Source: Scyliorhinus canicula (taxonomy: Eukaryota). From it: 64,000 bases of DNA. The notes under the pieces are model-generated. The model ran no database searches, had not been told where the DNA came from, and saw only the letters and a program-made list of their open reading frames with translations. The DNA is taken from the NCBI RefSeq assembly GCF_902713615.1, contig NC_052146.1:297112000-297175999 (forward strand), in the 5' to 3' direction. Numbering within the stretch: the stretch's first letter is position 1; each line of letters opens with the position of its first letter. Shown here piece by piece: positions 39,713-52,673 of this stretch. The position numbers were made by a program, and so were the translations under genes.

Positions 39713-40219
39713 TATGAGACATTAAACTGAGCGAATATAGACCCAATGTCACAATTCTAAGACGGTAGATGCACAAGATCCCATGGCACTATTTGAAGAA
39801 AAGCAGGGGAGTTATCCCTGATGCCTTAGCTAATTTCTATCCCTCAATTAACATCTCAAAAACATATTATGAAAGGAAATGAAAATCGCTTATTGTCACG
39901 AGTAGGCTTCAATGAAGTTACTGTGAAAAACCCCTAGTCGCCACATTCCGGCGCCTGTCCGGGGAGGCTGGTACGGGAATTGAACCGTGCTGCTGGCCTG
40001 CTTGGGCTGCTTTCAAAGCCAGCGATTTAGCTGAGTGAGCATTATCTGCCCATTATCACATTGCTGTTTGTGGGAGCTTGCTGTGTACAAATTAGCTGCC
40101 ACATTTCCATCATTACAACTGTATGCACTTCATTGATTGTAAAGAGATTTGAGACATCCAGTCGTAATGCAAAGTATTATATAAATGAAAGGCTTTTTTT
40201 GTTTTACTCATCACGCTAG

Positions 40220-40329
40220 GAAGACACAGAGGAGACTTCAAATGATGATGCCATAAGCCAGCCTGCCAAGCGCCGACGTATGGGATCTGGGGATAGCTGT
40301 AAAAGCAGTGACACTACTCAGGACTTCAG
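40220..40329 (+). CDS. PHF10: PHF10 exon 2
   Basis: EDTEETSNDDAISQPAKRRRMGSGDSCKSSDTTQDF; gctag / gtacat, 110 bp. Confidence 0.93.
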
Positions 40330-40627
40330 GTACATACTCTGTTCTGTCTTAAATTTCCCCTTATTATCATATTAAGTGGTGAACAAACCCAGATATTGAT
40401 GCTGTGGTAAATTAACCACACCAGTCGTCCACAGGAAATTGGGAACATATTACTTTTGCCAGTGTTATCTCCAAGTAATCTTGTTATAAGATTGCAACAC
40501 ACTCCCACACACTTGCACCATTGCCATTAGGGCAAGTCCTATTGAACTGAGCCTAGTAGAATTTCTGTTACTTAAACTGGAAAGATTGATCAGTACTGAA
40601 GATTTAAAAAATAATTTTTCCTCTCAG

Positions 40628-40758
40628 CTCCAGCTATTTTCCAGCAGAGATGTTGACAGAATATAAATGGCCAGCTGATGATACGGTGGAGTATTACATG
40701 CTTCAGGAACAAGTTAGTGAATATTTAGGTGTGACTTCATTCAAGCGTAAATATCCAG
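40628..40758 (+). CDS. PHF10: PHF10 exon 3
   Basis: [42 protein letters not shown]; ctctcag / gtaggg, 131 bp. Confidence 0.95.
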
Positions 40759-41001
40759 GTAGGGTTTTTGGGGTTTCAATTTGGAATGTAATGCCCAGAC
40801 GTATTTAGGAATTGTATATAATAAGAACAAAACAAGCGTGAAAAACTCAGCCAGTCAGGCAGCATCTGTGCAGAGAAACAGTGCAAATGTTTCAGGTCGC
40901 AAACTTTCACCATAACCGAGGAACGGGTTTTAATTCATCTTCGTCTTATTTCTTTCTTTATCCCATCCTGTTGCATGCAGGTCTTTTTTATGTAGCTCTT
41001 C

Positions 41002-41244
41002 CAGGGCCGGCCCAAGGTACCGGCAACTTGGGCAGTCGCTCGGGGCGCCATGTGTTAGGGGGCGCCAGAGACTCGGGTCCCGCGCATGCGCAGTTGGGCC
41101 GGTGCCAACCAGCGCATGCGCGGTGGCCGCCCTCCCCAGGGCGGCCCCCTCCGCCCGCCCCTCCCTCCGTCCGCCCCGCCTCGGTCCCGCCCCCCCTCCC
41201 GCCTCGCCCCCCCCCCCCCCCCCCCCCGCCCCGCCCTCGCCCTC

Positions 41245-41276
<32 letters not shown>

Positions 41277-41329
41277 GGGCGCTGAAGTTCAGCTTGCCCG
41301 GGGCGCCAGCAACCCTAGGGCCGGCGCTG
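41002..41329. mobile_element. hAT-type MITE nested in a PLE fragment
   Basis: TIR CAGGGCCGGCCC / GGGCCGGCGCTG, 8-bp TSD AGCTCTTC. Confidence 0.85.
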
Positions 41330-41550
41330 AGCTCTTCACACCTCATTTGGACACGGCCTTCGTTTTATTAGTATAGCCATTGCCACTCTTTTTTTTATAA
41401 TCCTTATTAGTGTCACGAGTAGGCTTACATTGACACTGCAATGAAGTTACTGCGAAAAGCCCCTCGTCGCCACATTCCGGCGCCTGTTCGGGTACACGGA
41501 GGGAGAATTCAGAATGTCCAATTCACCGAACAGCACGTCTTTCAAGACTT

Positions 41551-43188
41551 GTGCGTGGAGTCCGAGGAGATAGGAGAGGCACTAAATGAATATTTTTCGT
41601 CAGTATTCACACAGGAAAAAGACAATGTTGTCGAGAATACTGAGATACAGGCTACTAGACTAGATGGGATTTAGGTTCATAAGGAGGAGGTGTTAGCAAT
41701 TCTGGAAAGTGTGAAAATAGGTAAGTCCCCTGGGCCGGATGGGATTTATCCTAGGATTCTCTGGGAAGCTAGGGAGGAGATTGCAGAGCCTTTGGCTTTG
41801 ATCTTTATGTCGTCATTGTCTATAGGAATAGTGCCAGAAGGATAAGCAAACGTTGTCCCCTTGTTCAAGAAGGGAGTAGCGACAACCCCGGCAACTATAG
41901 ATTATAAGAGATAGGATTTATAATCATCTGGAACGGAATAATTTGATTAGGGATAGTCAACACGGTTTTGTGAAGGGTAGGTCGTACCTCACAAACCTTA
42001 TTGAGTTATTTGAGGAGGTGACCAAACAGGTGGACGAGGGTAAAGCAGTTGATGTGGTGTATATGGATTTCAGTAAAGCGTTTGATAAGGTACCCCACGG
42101 TAGGCTATTGCAGAAAATACGGAGACATTGGATTAAGGGTGATTTAGCAGTTTGGATCAGACATTGGCTAGCTGATAGAAGACAAAGGGTGGTGGTTGAT
42201 GGGAAATGTTCAGCCTGGAATTCAGTTACTAGTGGTGTACCACAAGGATCTGTTTTGGGGCCACTACTGTTTGTTATTTTTATAAATGACCTGGAGGAGG
42301 CCGTAGAAGGATGGGTGAGTAAATTTGCAGATGACACTAAAGTCGGTGGAGTTGTGGACAGTGCGGAAGGATGTTGCAGGTTACAGAGGGACATAGATAG
42401 GCTGCAGAGCTGGGCTGAGAAGTGGCAAATGGAGTTTAATGCAGAAAAGTGTGAGGTGATTCATTTTGGAAGGAGTAACAGGAATAGAGTACTGGGCTAA
42501 TGGTAAGATTCTTGGTAGTGTGGATGAGCAGAGAGATCTCGGTGTCCATGTACATAGATCCCTGAAAGTTGCCACCCAGGTTGATAGGGTTGTTAAGAAG
42601 GCGTATGGTGTGTTAGCTTTTATTGGTAGAGGGATTGAGTTTCGGAACCATGAGGTCAGGTTGCAGCTGTACAGAACTCTGGTGCGGCCGCATTTGGAGT
42701 ATTGCATGCCGTTCTCGTCGACGCGTTATAGGAAGGATGTGGAAGCATTGGAAAGGGTGCAGAGGAGATGTTGCCTGCTATGGAGGGAAGATCTTATGAG
42801 GAAAGGCTGAGGGACTTGAGGGTGTTTTCATTAGAGAGAAGAAGGTTAAGAGGTGATTTAATAGAGGCATACAAGATGATCAAAGGATTAGATAGGGTGG
42901 ACAGTGAGAACCTTTTTCCTCGGATGGTGATGGCTATCACGAGGGGACATAGCTTTAAATTGAGGGGAGATAGATATAGGACAGATGTCAGAGGTAGGTT
43001 CTTTACTCAGAGAGTAGTAAGAGTGTGGAATGCCCTGCCTGCAACAGTAGTGGACTCGCCAATATTAAGGGCATTTAAATAGTCATTGGATAAACATAAT
43101 GGAATAGTGTAGATGGGCTTTAGATTGGTTTCACAGGTTGGCGCAACATCGAGGGCCGAAGGGCCTGTACTGCGCTGCAATGTTCTAT
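41551..43188 (+). mobile_element. CR1 LINE 3' part (RT), disrupted
   Basis: [41 protein letters not shown]; CR1-type tail GGGCCGAAGGGCCTG...TTCTATG. Confidence 0.9.
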
Positions 43189-43294
43189 GAAACCGGAGCA
43201 CCCGGAGGAAACCCTTGCAGACACGGGGCGAACGTGCAGACTCCGCACAGACAGTGATCCAAGCCGAGAATCCCTATTGCGCCATGAAATATTT

Positions 43295-43560
43295 TGTTAT
43301 TTAATCTTCCCTGCCCTCCATCCTATCACAAACCTTTCCTTTGTCCTTCCTGCCTCCCTCCACCCATTCTCTACACCCCACCCCCCAAAACTTTCCACTG
43401 GCTCAAAACCTATTACATTTCCATCTTTCTTCAGTTCTGATGAAAGGTGATCAACCTGAAACTTTAACTCTGTCTCCATAGATGCTGCCTGACCTCCTGA
43501 GTTTTTCCAGCTTTACTTGTTTTTTCAGAATTCCAGCGCCTGTAATATTTTGCTTTGTAT
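43295..43560 (+). mobile_element. Older PLE 3' fragment with canonical hammerhead core
   Basis: AGTT-CTGATGA-AAGGT.GATCA.ACCT-GAAACTTT-AACT at 43433-43469. Confidence 0.65.
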
Positions 43561-43629
43561 CCTTGGTGTAGAAATTGTTTGGTTTGTGTGTTGAATTATA
43601 AACAGTCGTTTGGTACTACAAATCATGAG

Positions 43630-43917
43630 TATTGCTGATAAAAAGAGCAATGCTACCAAAGCTTGTCGTCTTGCTCTCAGTGGCATACCTCGCAAGTAAA
43701 TCCCAACAGTACTGGCATTTATACTTCACAAGAAGAGTGCTGATGGTTGGCAAGTGGACTCTGATTGGTAGAGATGTTGCCATGGGGCATGCAGCATGGA
43801 ACAGTTAACTGTTGCATAAATTGTTGTTCCCCCGTTACTGTTGGATATTTCTTGGGAGCTGTCCTGATGAATGCAAGGCGGAAAGCTTTGATGGCATTTC
43901 TCTTTTTTTCAGCAATT
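43630..43917. mobile_element. Fold-back element (PLE-type family 3) with hammerhead-like motif
   Basis: ~50-bp imperfect inverted ends ATTGCTGATAAAAAGAG...CTCTTTTTTTCAGCAAT; GTC-CTGATGA...GAAAGCTT at 43861-43888. Confidence 0.55.
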
Positions 43918-45543
43918 TTGAATTCACTTTTAAAGACCATGGCGTAATTGTGAATATACAGTAAATTTTATGCTTTGCATTTGGATCGGCAGACATGTAA
44001 GTTGCCATATCTGGCGTCACCATTCTGTAATACAGCCCTGTCTGTGCTGCACTCCTCTGCATTAGATGGAGCTTCATAATCTCTAGAAACTGTAATGTCC
44101 ATACCTACAGCATCACTAATGCCCTCTGACAGAAACCCTTCTGTGCACAAATACACAGGAAGTCAATTGTGCCACGGATCCTCCTCTTGACTCTGAATAC
44201 TTGTATGTCTTTTTGCCCCTTTGGAGCTGATGGATCACCTGTAGCTTGGACATTTCTCCAGTTAGACTTGACACCTCTAGCCTTTGAGATGTTTCTAAGA
44301 ATTCTCCGTTATCAAAGCTGCAACCTCCTCTCCTGGGTGCCATTTATACTGTTAGAGATCCATCTTTGCATGGGTGTGAGACGACAGTTATTTTCAGTAA
44401 ATCGCACCACTGCACCGATTTGGGTCAGGAACATGGGCTGCAACTCCTCGGGTCTCCCAGAGCATGAGGACCAACTTTACTGACACTGACTGAAGCCATG
44501 AGCTGTGTTCACGAGGATAGGGGAAGGGATGGGATGGGGGGACACTGTCGGCCTGATGCTGAGAGCCCACAAAAATGGTCTGCAACAAGTTAGATAAGGA
44601 ATTGGGGAAGTTAGGAAAGTCTGCACTTGTGAGCCTGGGGTAGGAAAGGCACAAAGTATCCTTAAGGGACTTGGTGGAGCAGTCCTGCCACAAGGAACCT
44701 TTAAAACTAAAAAACGATGACTTACCTCAACCATATGTGGCCAGGATCCATGGTGCTGACAGTTTTTGCTGGCAGGTTTGAGCGCTTAGTCGGGTTTATG
44801 GTTAAAATGATCGTATTCCATTGATATAATTGCCCCGTATCTTTACCGTTTATATGAGGCCCTTACCCACTTGGATCTGTGGTGTTTCTTTGTCTGACTT
44901 CAGGCTTAGCTAAAATAGTGAGATGGGAATCCATTGTGAATGTGGCACAATCTCCACCCGCCCCTGCACCATCTTAACCCTGTCTCCCAGCCCGCACCAT
45001 TCCCACTGGGACGGGCTGCCTGTATGTTACCGAGCCACTTAGTGTTGGCTGTTGCCATATGTCAACAGTCTGACTTCAGCTTACTTCAGTGTGAGTCTGA
45101 GTCAGATACTGAATGTTATAGCCCAGGAATCGAATACCAGACCCTAACACTCACAGTAATCCTTTTTGGCTTCTCTATAGTCTTGGTGAGGCATAAGGAG
45201 GAGTGCACCAGGACTGGTCTAACACATTTTGCTCTTGAGTTTTCAACTTTTCCAAAGTTGTTGAACTTGTTTTGCTGGATTTTACTGTTTGATGTGTTCT
45301 CTATTTTTATATCCAACACCCTACTTAACCTAAAAAAAAATTGATTTGTAAGAAGCATTAGATGTTGGTTAATTATTTTTGTTTTCTGTTGAGTACGACT
45401 CATTTAGCTGAATTACTGACTACAGGTATTTTCTGCCTGTGCTTGACTGATGGACAATATTGTGAGGAAGGTGTAGCTATTGAAGAGCTGCCATGTATTG
45501 ATCGTTTAATTCCTTAAAACAAGTGAAACATGTTCTTTGCCAG

Positions 45544-45627
45544 ATCTGGAACGACGTGATCTATCTCACAAAGAAAAACTATATCTGAGGGAGATGAATG
45601 TTATCACAGAAACCCAGTGCACTTTAG
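45544..45627 (+). CDS. PHF10: PHF10 exon 4
   Basis: [28 protein letters not shown]; gccag / gtaagc, 84 bp. Confidence 0.95.
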
Positions 45628-46949
45628 GTAAGCTGTCTTGCATTATAAAGTCACCCCACTGACCTTCTGTTTAACGTGTGTGGCTGAGATAGTTACTTAA
45701 ATCAAATTAAATTTTATATTTTAATACATATGTATGAATGTAAACATTAAATCAAATTATCAATGTAGGGTGGTCATCAAGAAATCAAATGGGGGAATTC
45801 TGAAGAAAAGTTGTTAACCAGAGAGTGATGAGAATATGGAACTCGCTACCAAAGGGAGCAGTTGAGGGGAATAGTGTAGATGCATTTAAATCTGGATAAG
45901 CATGTGAGGTAGAAGGGAAGAGATGAGTATGTTGATAATTAGTTGAGGAAGGATTGAAGGAGATTGAGTGGAGCATGTGGTGTACGTACGTCCACAGTGC
46001 TGTTAGGGAGGGAGTTCAGGATGTTGCCCCAGCGATAGTTAAGGAGCAGCAATATATTTCAAGTCAGGGTGGTGAATGACTTGGAGGGGGAACCTCTAGG
46101 TGGTGGGGTTCCCAGGTATCTGCTGCTCTTGTCCTCAGTGGCAGTGGGTTTGGAAGGTGCTGCTTAAAAAGGTTTGGTGAGGTTCTGGAGTGCCTGTTGT
46201 AGATGGTACACACTGCAGCGACTGTGTGTTGGTGGTGGAGGAAGTAAATGTTTGTGGATGGATTGCCAATCTGCTTTATTCTGGATGGTGTCAAACATCC
46301 TGAGCATTTTTGGAACTGCACTCATCCAGGCAAGTGGAACTTGCTTCCCCAGGAGTTTACAATGAATAGTTGAGATGAAGGGCGGCATGGTGGCCCTGTG
46401 GTTAGCACTGCTGCCCCACGGCACCGAGCTCCCAGGTTGGATCCCGGCCCCGGTCATCGTCCGTGTGGAGTTTACATACTCTCCCCATGTCTGCTTGGGT
46501 CTCACCCCCACATCCCAGAAAGATGTGCAGGGTAGGTGAATTGGCCACGCTAAATTGTCCCTTAATTGGGGAAAAAAAGAATTGGATACTCTTTTTTAAA
46601 AAAAAAAAATTAAATTAATAGTTTAGATGCATTTAAGGGGAAACTAGACGAGCATTCGAGGGAGAAGGGAATAGATGATTACAATGGTAAATTTAGATGA
46701 GAAGAGATGGAAGGAGGCTCAAGTGAAGCATGAACACTGGCGTGGACTGGTTGGGCTGAATATGGCACCGAAACAGCCATATTTCGTGTAATCCTCTGAT
46801 CTCCATAACTACTTGGAAGAAGGGAAATATTCCATCCTCTAGTCAATAGTAACTAGGAAGAATCACCAGTAAGCACACAGTTGAGGTTCAGGATGATTTA
46901 CCTGCTGCACTCTACTCCTTCTCCTATTTTGGATGGCAGTATGTCAAGT

Positions 46950-47245
46950 GGGTGGCACGGTAGCACAGTGGTTAGCACTGTTGCTTCACATCGCAAGGGG
47001 CCCGGGTTCGATTCCTGGCTTGGTTCACTATCTGTGCGGAGTCTGCATGTTCTCCCCGTGTCTGCGTGAGTTTCCTCTGGTTTCCTCCCACAAGTCCTGA
47101 AAGACGTGCTGTTAGGTGAATTAGACATTCTGAATTCTCCCTCCGTGTACCCGAACAGGCGCCGGAATGTGGCGACTAGGGGATTTTCACAGTAACTTCA
47201 TTGCAGTGTTAATGTAAGCCTACTTGTGACTTAAAAAAAATAATA
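46950..47245 (+). mobile_element. V-SINE with third tail type
   Basis: Same head and V-domain, tail CCGAACAGGCGCCGGAATGTGGCGACTAGGG...GCCTACTTGTGAC. Confidence 0.8.
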
Positions 47246-49759
47246 ACATGTCTTCTTAAATTTTCTGTCTGCAAACAATTCGGTAAAAAATTATCAAAAT
47301 GGATCTGAGAGGAATCTCCAATCCAAATGTGGGATCTGGAATACTAACATGATCTGGCTTTGTGAGAAAAATCTAGCTTGTCAGGATTGGCTCAGTGGTG
47401 GTCCATTACAAATTAGTGGTAATGCATTACAAACTTAAAGCCAGCTGTAGTTTGTTCTAAAATGCCGTTCCCATCTGAGTATGATACATATGTTATGAGG
47501 TTAAGTCGAGCCTCCTTCAAACTGCATTTCGAGCTGAAAGTGGAGAAAGCAAATTATTTGAAGCAAATACAGTCTGTAAATGATCAGCTAATGATATTTT
47601 GGCCTTTGTTTCAAGAGGATTGCGATTTAAATGTGAGGAAGTGATCCTTCAGTTGTATTGAACCCATCTGGAGTATGAGTATCTCGGGCAGCACGGTAGC
47701 ATTGTGGTTAGCGCAATTGTTTCAGAGCTCCAGGGTCCCAGGTTCGATTCTCGGCTTGGGTTACTGTCTGTGCGGAGTCTGCACGTTCTCCCCGTCTGTG
47801 CGTGGGTTTCCTCCGGGTGCTCCGGTTTCCTCCCACAGTCCAAAGATGTGCAGGTTAGGTGGATTGGCCGTGCTAAATTGCCCTTAGTGACCAAAATTGC
47901 CCTTGGTGTTGGATGGGGTTACTGGGTTATGGGGTTGGGGTGGAGGTGTTGGCTTGGGTAGGGTGCTCTTTCCAAGAGCCGGTGCAGACTTGATGGGCCG
48001 AATAGCCTCCTCCCGCACTGTGAATTCTATGAGTCTGGAGTTAACAGCATTCAGTTATAGGCATCGGACCTTGGGGAGGACATGTTGGCCTTGGGAGGGA
48101 GTACCACACCAATCCACCAGAATTATACAATGACTTAAAAGGGGTTAAATTGAGGCTAGTTTGCAAAAACCTGGGTTGCTTTCCTTTTGCGTTTGCAAGA
48201 ATTGAAAAGCTTAAAATGTTTGACGGGCAGATGCAGAGAACACGCGGAAGAACAAGAGGCTACGTTCTCAAAATGAGAACAGGACCATTTCGGAGTGAAA
48301 TCCGCATGTTGGTTTTGACAAGAAGGGCAGTGGAAATCTGGAATTCTCTCCCCTGAAAGCCTGTGGCTGCTGGGTCAGTTGAAAGTCAGCAGACTTTTAT
48401 GATGTAAGGGTATCAAAAGAGTGATGAATTTTGAAGTACAGATCAGCCAGTTGGGTGGTACAACAAGCTCAATGGGCTGAATAACCTATATCCTGTTCAT
48501 TTGTACGGTATGATCACCAACTATATTTGAATCATGTTGCTTGACCCAGAGAAAGGATATTTAAATGGGTTGGATCAGGTCATTGAATTGGAATCTTAGC
48601 AAGAGAATTGAAATGGACAATCCTTAAAAATAAAAATGGGTTACTTGTATGAAATCTGTCCATATTTTAAAAAATTGATTAGCATTAGATGTGGTTTCTC
48701 GTTTCATCCACCTGAGGTGTTAGGTGACACAATTCTAAATTGACAATAGAAATTCTATTACAAGCTGGGACCCACTATATTGTAGCTCGCTATAGTGTGG
48801 AACTCAGTATGACGAGGGTCCATCTTGGACTCCCAAAAGTTAAATTTAAATGAAAAACTGCGATTTTACTACATCTATAGGGGTAGCACGGTAGCACAAG
48901 TGGATAGCACTGTGGCTTCACAGTGCCAGGGTCCCAGGTTCAATTCCCTGCTGGGTCACTGTCTGTGCGGAGTCTGCACGTCCTCCCCGTGTGTGCGTGG
49001 GTTTCCTCCGGGTGCTCCGGTTTCCTCTCACAGTCCAAAGACTTGCAGGTTTGGTGGATTGGCCATGCTAAATTGCCCTTAGTGTCCAAAAAGATTAGGA
49101 GGGGTTATTGGGTTACGGGGATAGGGTGGAAGTGAGGGCTTAAGTGGGTCGGTGCAGACTCGATGGGCCAAATGGCCTCCTTCTGCACTGTATGTTCTTT
49201 GGTCTATAGAACCAATCTTTTAAAGGCAGTAACTATTGTGACTGACGTTTTGAGATGTGGTTGTCCTGCGGTGCTCTGTGTGCACGGATATTTCACCAAT
49301 GGGTTTTTGAACATGAAAGTCCGAATTATAGACCCGTACTTGGAGAAAAGGCTTAATCTTTTTTTGTATTTGACGCAATGAGTCTGGAAAATTTTCTGTC
49401 AAAAATATTATCAAAAGTGAAATCATTCTTAACCCCTCACGTCCCATTTAAAACAGGTTAACACAGAATAGCGTAACTGCACGAACGTTATCTTGTTGGA
49501 ATAGTGTGGAAAATCCAACTAGTTGATTATCAAATTCACATTCCTGCAGGAAAGGGATCCTCAGCTTGTCAGCATAACTTTGGCCTTTGTTGGCCAGAGA
49601 GTTGAGATCTAACTTGTCTCTTTGCTGGAATGTTCTAAAAGGATAGTGCCGAGGCGCTCTTCTTTGCGGAGTTTTGAGTACTCAAAACAAAGGCTGACGG
49701 GAGGGAGTACACTGTGATCCCCGCTATGTACTTTGAAAGAATAAACACTTCTGTTTTAG

Positions 49760-49893
49760 GTTTAACTGCTCTGAGAAGTGATGAAGTTATTGATCTGATG
49801 ATCAAGGAATACCCAACCAAATATGCTGAATATGCTGTGGTTCTACAGGACAGGGAGCGGCAGCAGATCACCGATCGCTACAAGGAATACTCG
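49760..49893 (+). CDS. PHF10: PHF10 exon 5
   Basis: [45 protein letters not shown]; ttttag / gtcagt, 134 bp. Confidence 0.95.
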
Positions 49894-50129
49894 GTCAGTA
49901 CTGGGCGCGTGACGGTTTAACTGGACTTAACCTGTACATATGATGTATAAAGCTGAAACCTCTTTCACCATCTACAATCTCCCCACTCCCACAACCCTGA
50001 CAATTTCAAAGCTGTGCCATGATGTTTAGATCATTGTTTTGTGTTACAGAAAAATACATATACTGCTGACTTCCCCCCACTCCACACCTCCAGTCTATAA
50101 GGGCTGAAAGCACTGCCCATTTTATTTCC

Positions 50130-50267
50130 GTAAGAAGTCTGACAACACCTGAGGAAGGAGCCGTGCTCCGAAAGCTAGTGATTCAAAACAAACCTGTTGG
50201 ACTTTAACCTGGCGTTGTAACACTTCTTACTGTTCCCACCCCAGTCCAACGCTGGCATCTCCACATC
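50130..50267 (+). mobile_element. Fold-back PLE mini-insertion (family 1), short inverted arm
   Basis: TSD ATTTTATTTCC; intact hammerhead core ~50146-50180. Confidence 0.78.
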
Positions 50268-50805
50268 ATTTTATTTCCTGCATACTCTGAAGCGTGCCGT
50301 CCAAAATTCTTAATCGCAGCGTTAATTGATAGTTTATTCTATTTTTGGATTCCCTTTTCACAGAATCATAGGAACGGCATGGTGGCACAGTGGTTAGCAC
50401 TGCTGCCTCATCATTTGATTCCGACCTCGAGTGACTGTGTGGCGTTTGCACATTCTCTGCGTAGGTTACCTCTGCATGGGTTTCCTCTGGATGCTCTGGT
50501 TTTCTCCCAAAGTCCAAAGATGTGCAAGTTAGGTGGATTGCATATGTTGTATTGCCCCTAGGTGGGGTTATGGCGATAGGGTGCCCGATTGGGCCGAGTT
50601 AGGGTTCTCTTTCAGAGGTTCGGTGCAGACTCGATGGGCAGAATGGCCTCCTTCTGCACTGCAGGGATTCTATGACAGTATGAAATGGTAGTTTATTCTA
50701 TTTATTGGATTTCCTTTTCTCAAGAGTTCAGTAGATATTTTTAAGATGTATGAGCGACTGGAATATTTTCTGCCTGAAAATATTTTAAGAGCAGAAGCCA
50801 TTCTT

Positions 50806-51026
50806 TTTAAAAAATAAACTTAGAGTACCCAATTATTTTTCTTCCAATTAAGGGGCAATTTAGCGTGGCCAATCCACCTACCCTGCACATCTTTGGCTGT
50901 GGGGGTGAAACCCACGCAGACACGGGGAGAATGTGCAAACTCTACACGGACAGTGACCCTGAATCGAACCCGGATCCTCAGAGCCGTGAGGCAGCAGTGC
51001 TAAGCACTGCGCCACCATGCGGTCCC
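50806..51026 (-). mobile_element. V-SINE, short poly(A) class (similar copies ~33995, 46380, 60263)
   Basis: 20-bp TSD TAAGAGCAGAA(G/A)CCATTCTT. Confidence 0.88.
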
Positions 51027-52523
51027 TAAGAGCAGAAACCATTCTTAATTATTCACTGGCCATTTAATGTAGCTTAACACAGGATATTATAGCCCTGTGC
51101 CAATGTTATCTTGTGGGGATGTCAACATGTCACCATGGCTGAAAAGTTGTGACCGAACTTCTCAGTTTGCTGGAATGTTCTAAAAGGAAAGTGCTAATGC
51201 TCTCTCCTCTCTGCAGTTTTGAGCTTTAAAAACAAAGGCTGACGAGGCTCACAGGAGGGAGTACGTTGGGATCCTTCTATAATAGGATGTCACCGGGAAC
51301 ACGGTTTCATCATGTGGACCGTGTTATATATAAATATATATATAGGGGTGGCACGGGAGCACAGTGGACATCTCCAGGGTCTCGGGCTCGATTCCCGGTT
51401 TGGGTCACTGTCAGTGGGAAGTCTGCACTTTCTCCCCGTGTGTGCGTGGGTTTTCTCCGGGTGCTCCGGTTTCCTCCCACAGTCCAAAGATGTGCAGGTT
51501 TGGTGGATTGGCCATGCTAAATTGCACTTTGTGTCCAAAAAGGTTGGGTGGGGTTACTGGGTTCTGGGGATAGGGTTTAAATGGGGATGTTCTTTCCAAG
51601 GGCCGGTGCAGACCCGATGGGCCGAATGGCCTCCTTCTGCACTGTAAATTGTATGTCTAATTCTATGTCTATGATAATGGGATTCAAGTGTGCTATCAGG
51701 TTATTTCCTTTACTATTGAGTTAATGTCATAAAATTGCTTAATGCTTTGAAGTGTTTTGAATGTGTAAAGTAAATAGGAGCTGTGTACACTGAAGAACAT
51801 TTTTGACTTTTGTTTACATTGTAATTGTAAAAAAAACCCAATTTATCCTGCATTTTATTGATGCCTCCACTTGGAATTGAAGTGTATTGAGCAATGCAAA
51901 AGTTATATTTCGGCATGCAGGATCATAAGGCATGGATGTAGTCCTTTCAGCCTTGTGAACAAGGGTAGAGCTATTCAATTACTCCCACTCTCCTGCCTTT
52001 ACCCTATAGCTTTGCAAATGTTTCCTTCTCGCGTTTAGATCTAATTCCCTTTTGAAAGTTAACATGTTTTTCCATATCTACAATCCAAAAGTATTTGGGA
52101 ATTGCTTAATCTCAAGATTCACTCTCCCATGATCAACCTCAAATGCCTAAATTTGTGTAATTTGGATTTGTCTTTGCCCTCCCAAGGTGAAGAACATTAC
52201 TGCTGGCTAATGAAATACTCACGTTGGTCTCTTTCAGTGGGATTACCAGTTTAATGCTCATGTACTTTGTCAAATTGGAAGCTGAAACTGTCCAACCTCG
52301 CTTCACTCTGAAAATTTGTACAATGCTTCCCTCGAGGCTGCCCTTTCTCTGTATCTTACCTTATCATCACGTATTTGTTTAAAAACATATTTTTGCAATA
52401 AGTCTGTGAAAGTGCATGAAGGTTCAAGATTGAGACATTTGTTAATTATTCGGTAGTGAGTCTCTGAAGCATGGTTGTTTTAGCATTTATATTTGAAACT
52501 AATTGAAGTTTTTTTGTGTGCAG

Positions 52524-52673
52524 CAAATGCAGTTGCAGAACACGCAAAAGGTTGAGCCCAGTAAAGTTCCAGAATACATCAAGAAAGCTGCAAAGAAAGC
52601 GGCAGAGTTCAACAGCAATTTCAACAGGGAGCGGATGGAGGAAAGGCGAGCCTATTTTGACTTGCAGACACAG
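52524..52673 (+). CDS. PHF10: PHF10 exon 6
   Basis: [50 protein letters not shown]; gtgcag / gtaagg, 150 bp. Confidence 0.95.

Larger units (their letters stand above)
38830..40200 (+). mobile_element. DeuSINE (SacSINE1/AmnSINE-like), interrupted by CR1, MITE and SINE
   Basis: Deu-like GATCCCATGGCACTATTTGAAGAAAAGCAGGGGAGTTATCCC and tail ...TATATAAATGAAAG. Confidence 0.7.

Noticed and set aside
49671-49697. GTTTTGAG...AAAACAAAGGCT resembles a Cas9 sgRNA scaffold or CRISPR repeat
   Set aside because: Short chance similarity; eukaryotic intron, no array, no cas genes
49428-49700. Telomerase-RNA-like words (TTAACCCCTCAC, GCTGAC/GTCAGC)
   Set aside because: Template imperfect, pseudoknot strands in the wrong order, no CR4/5
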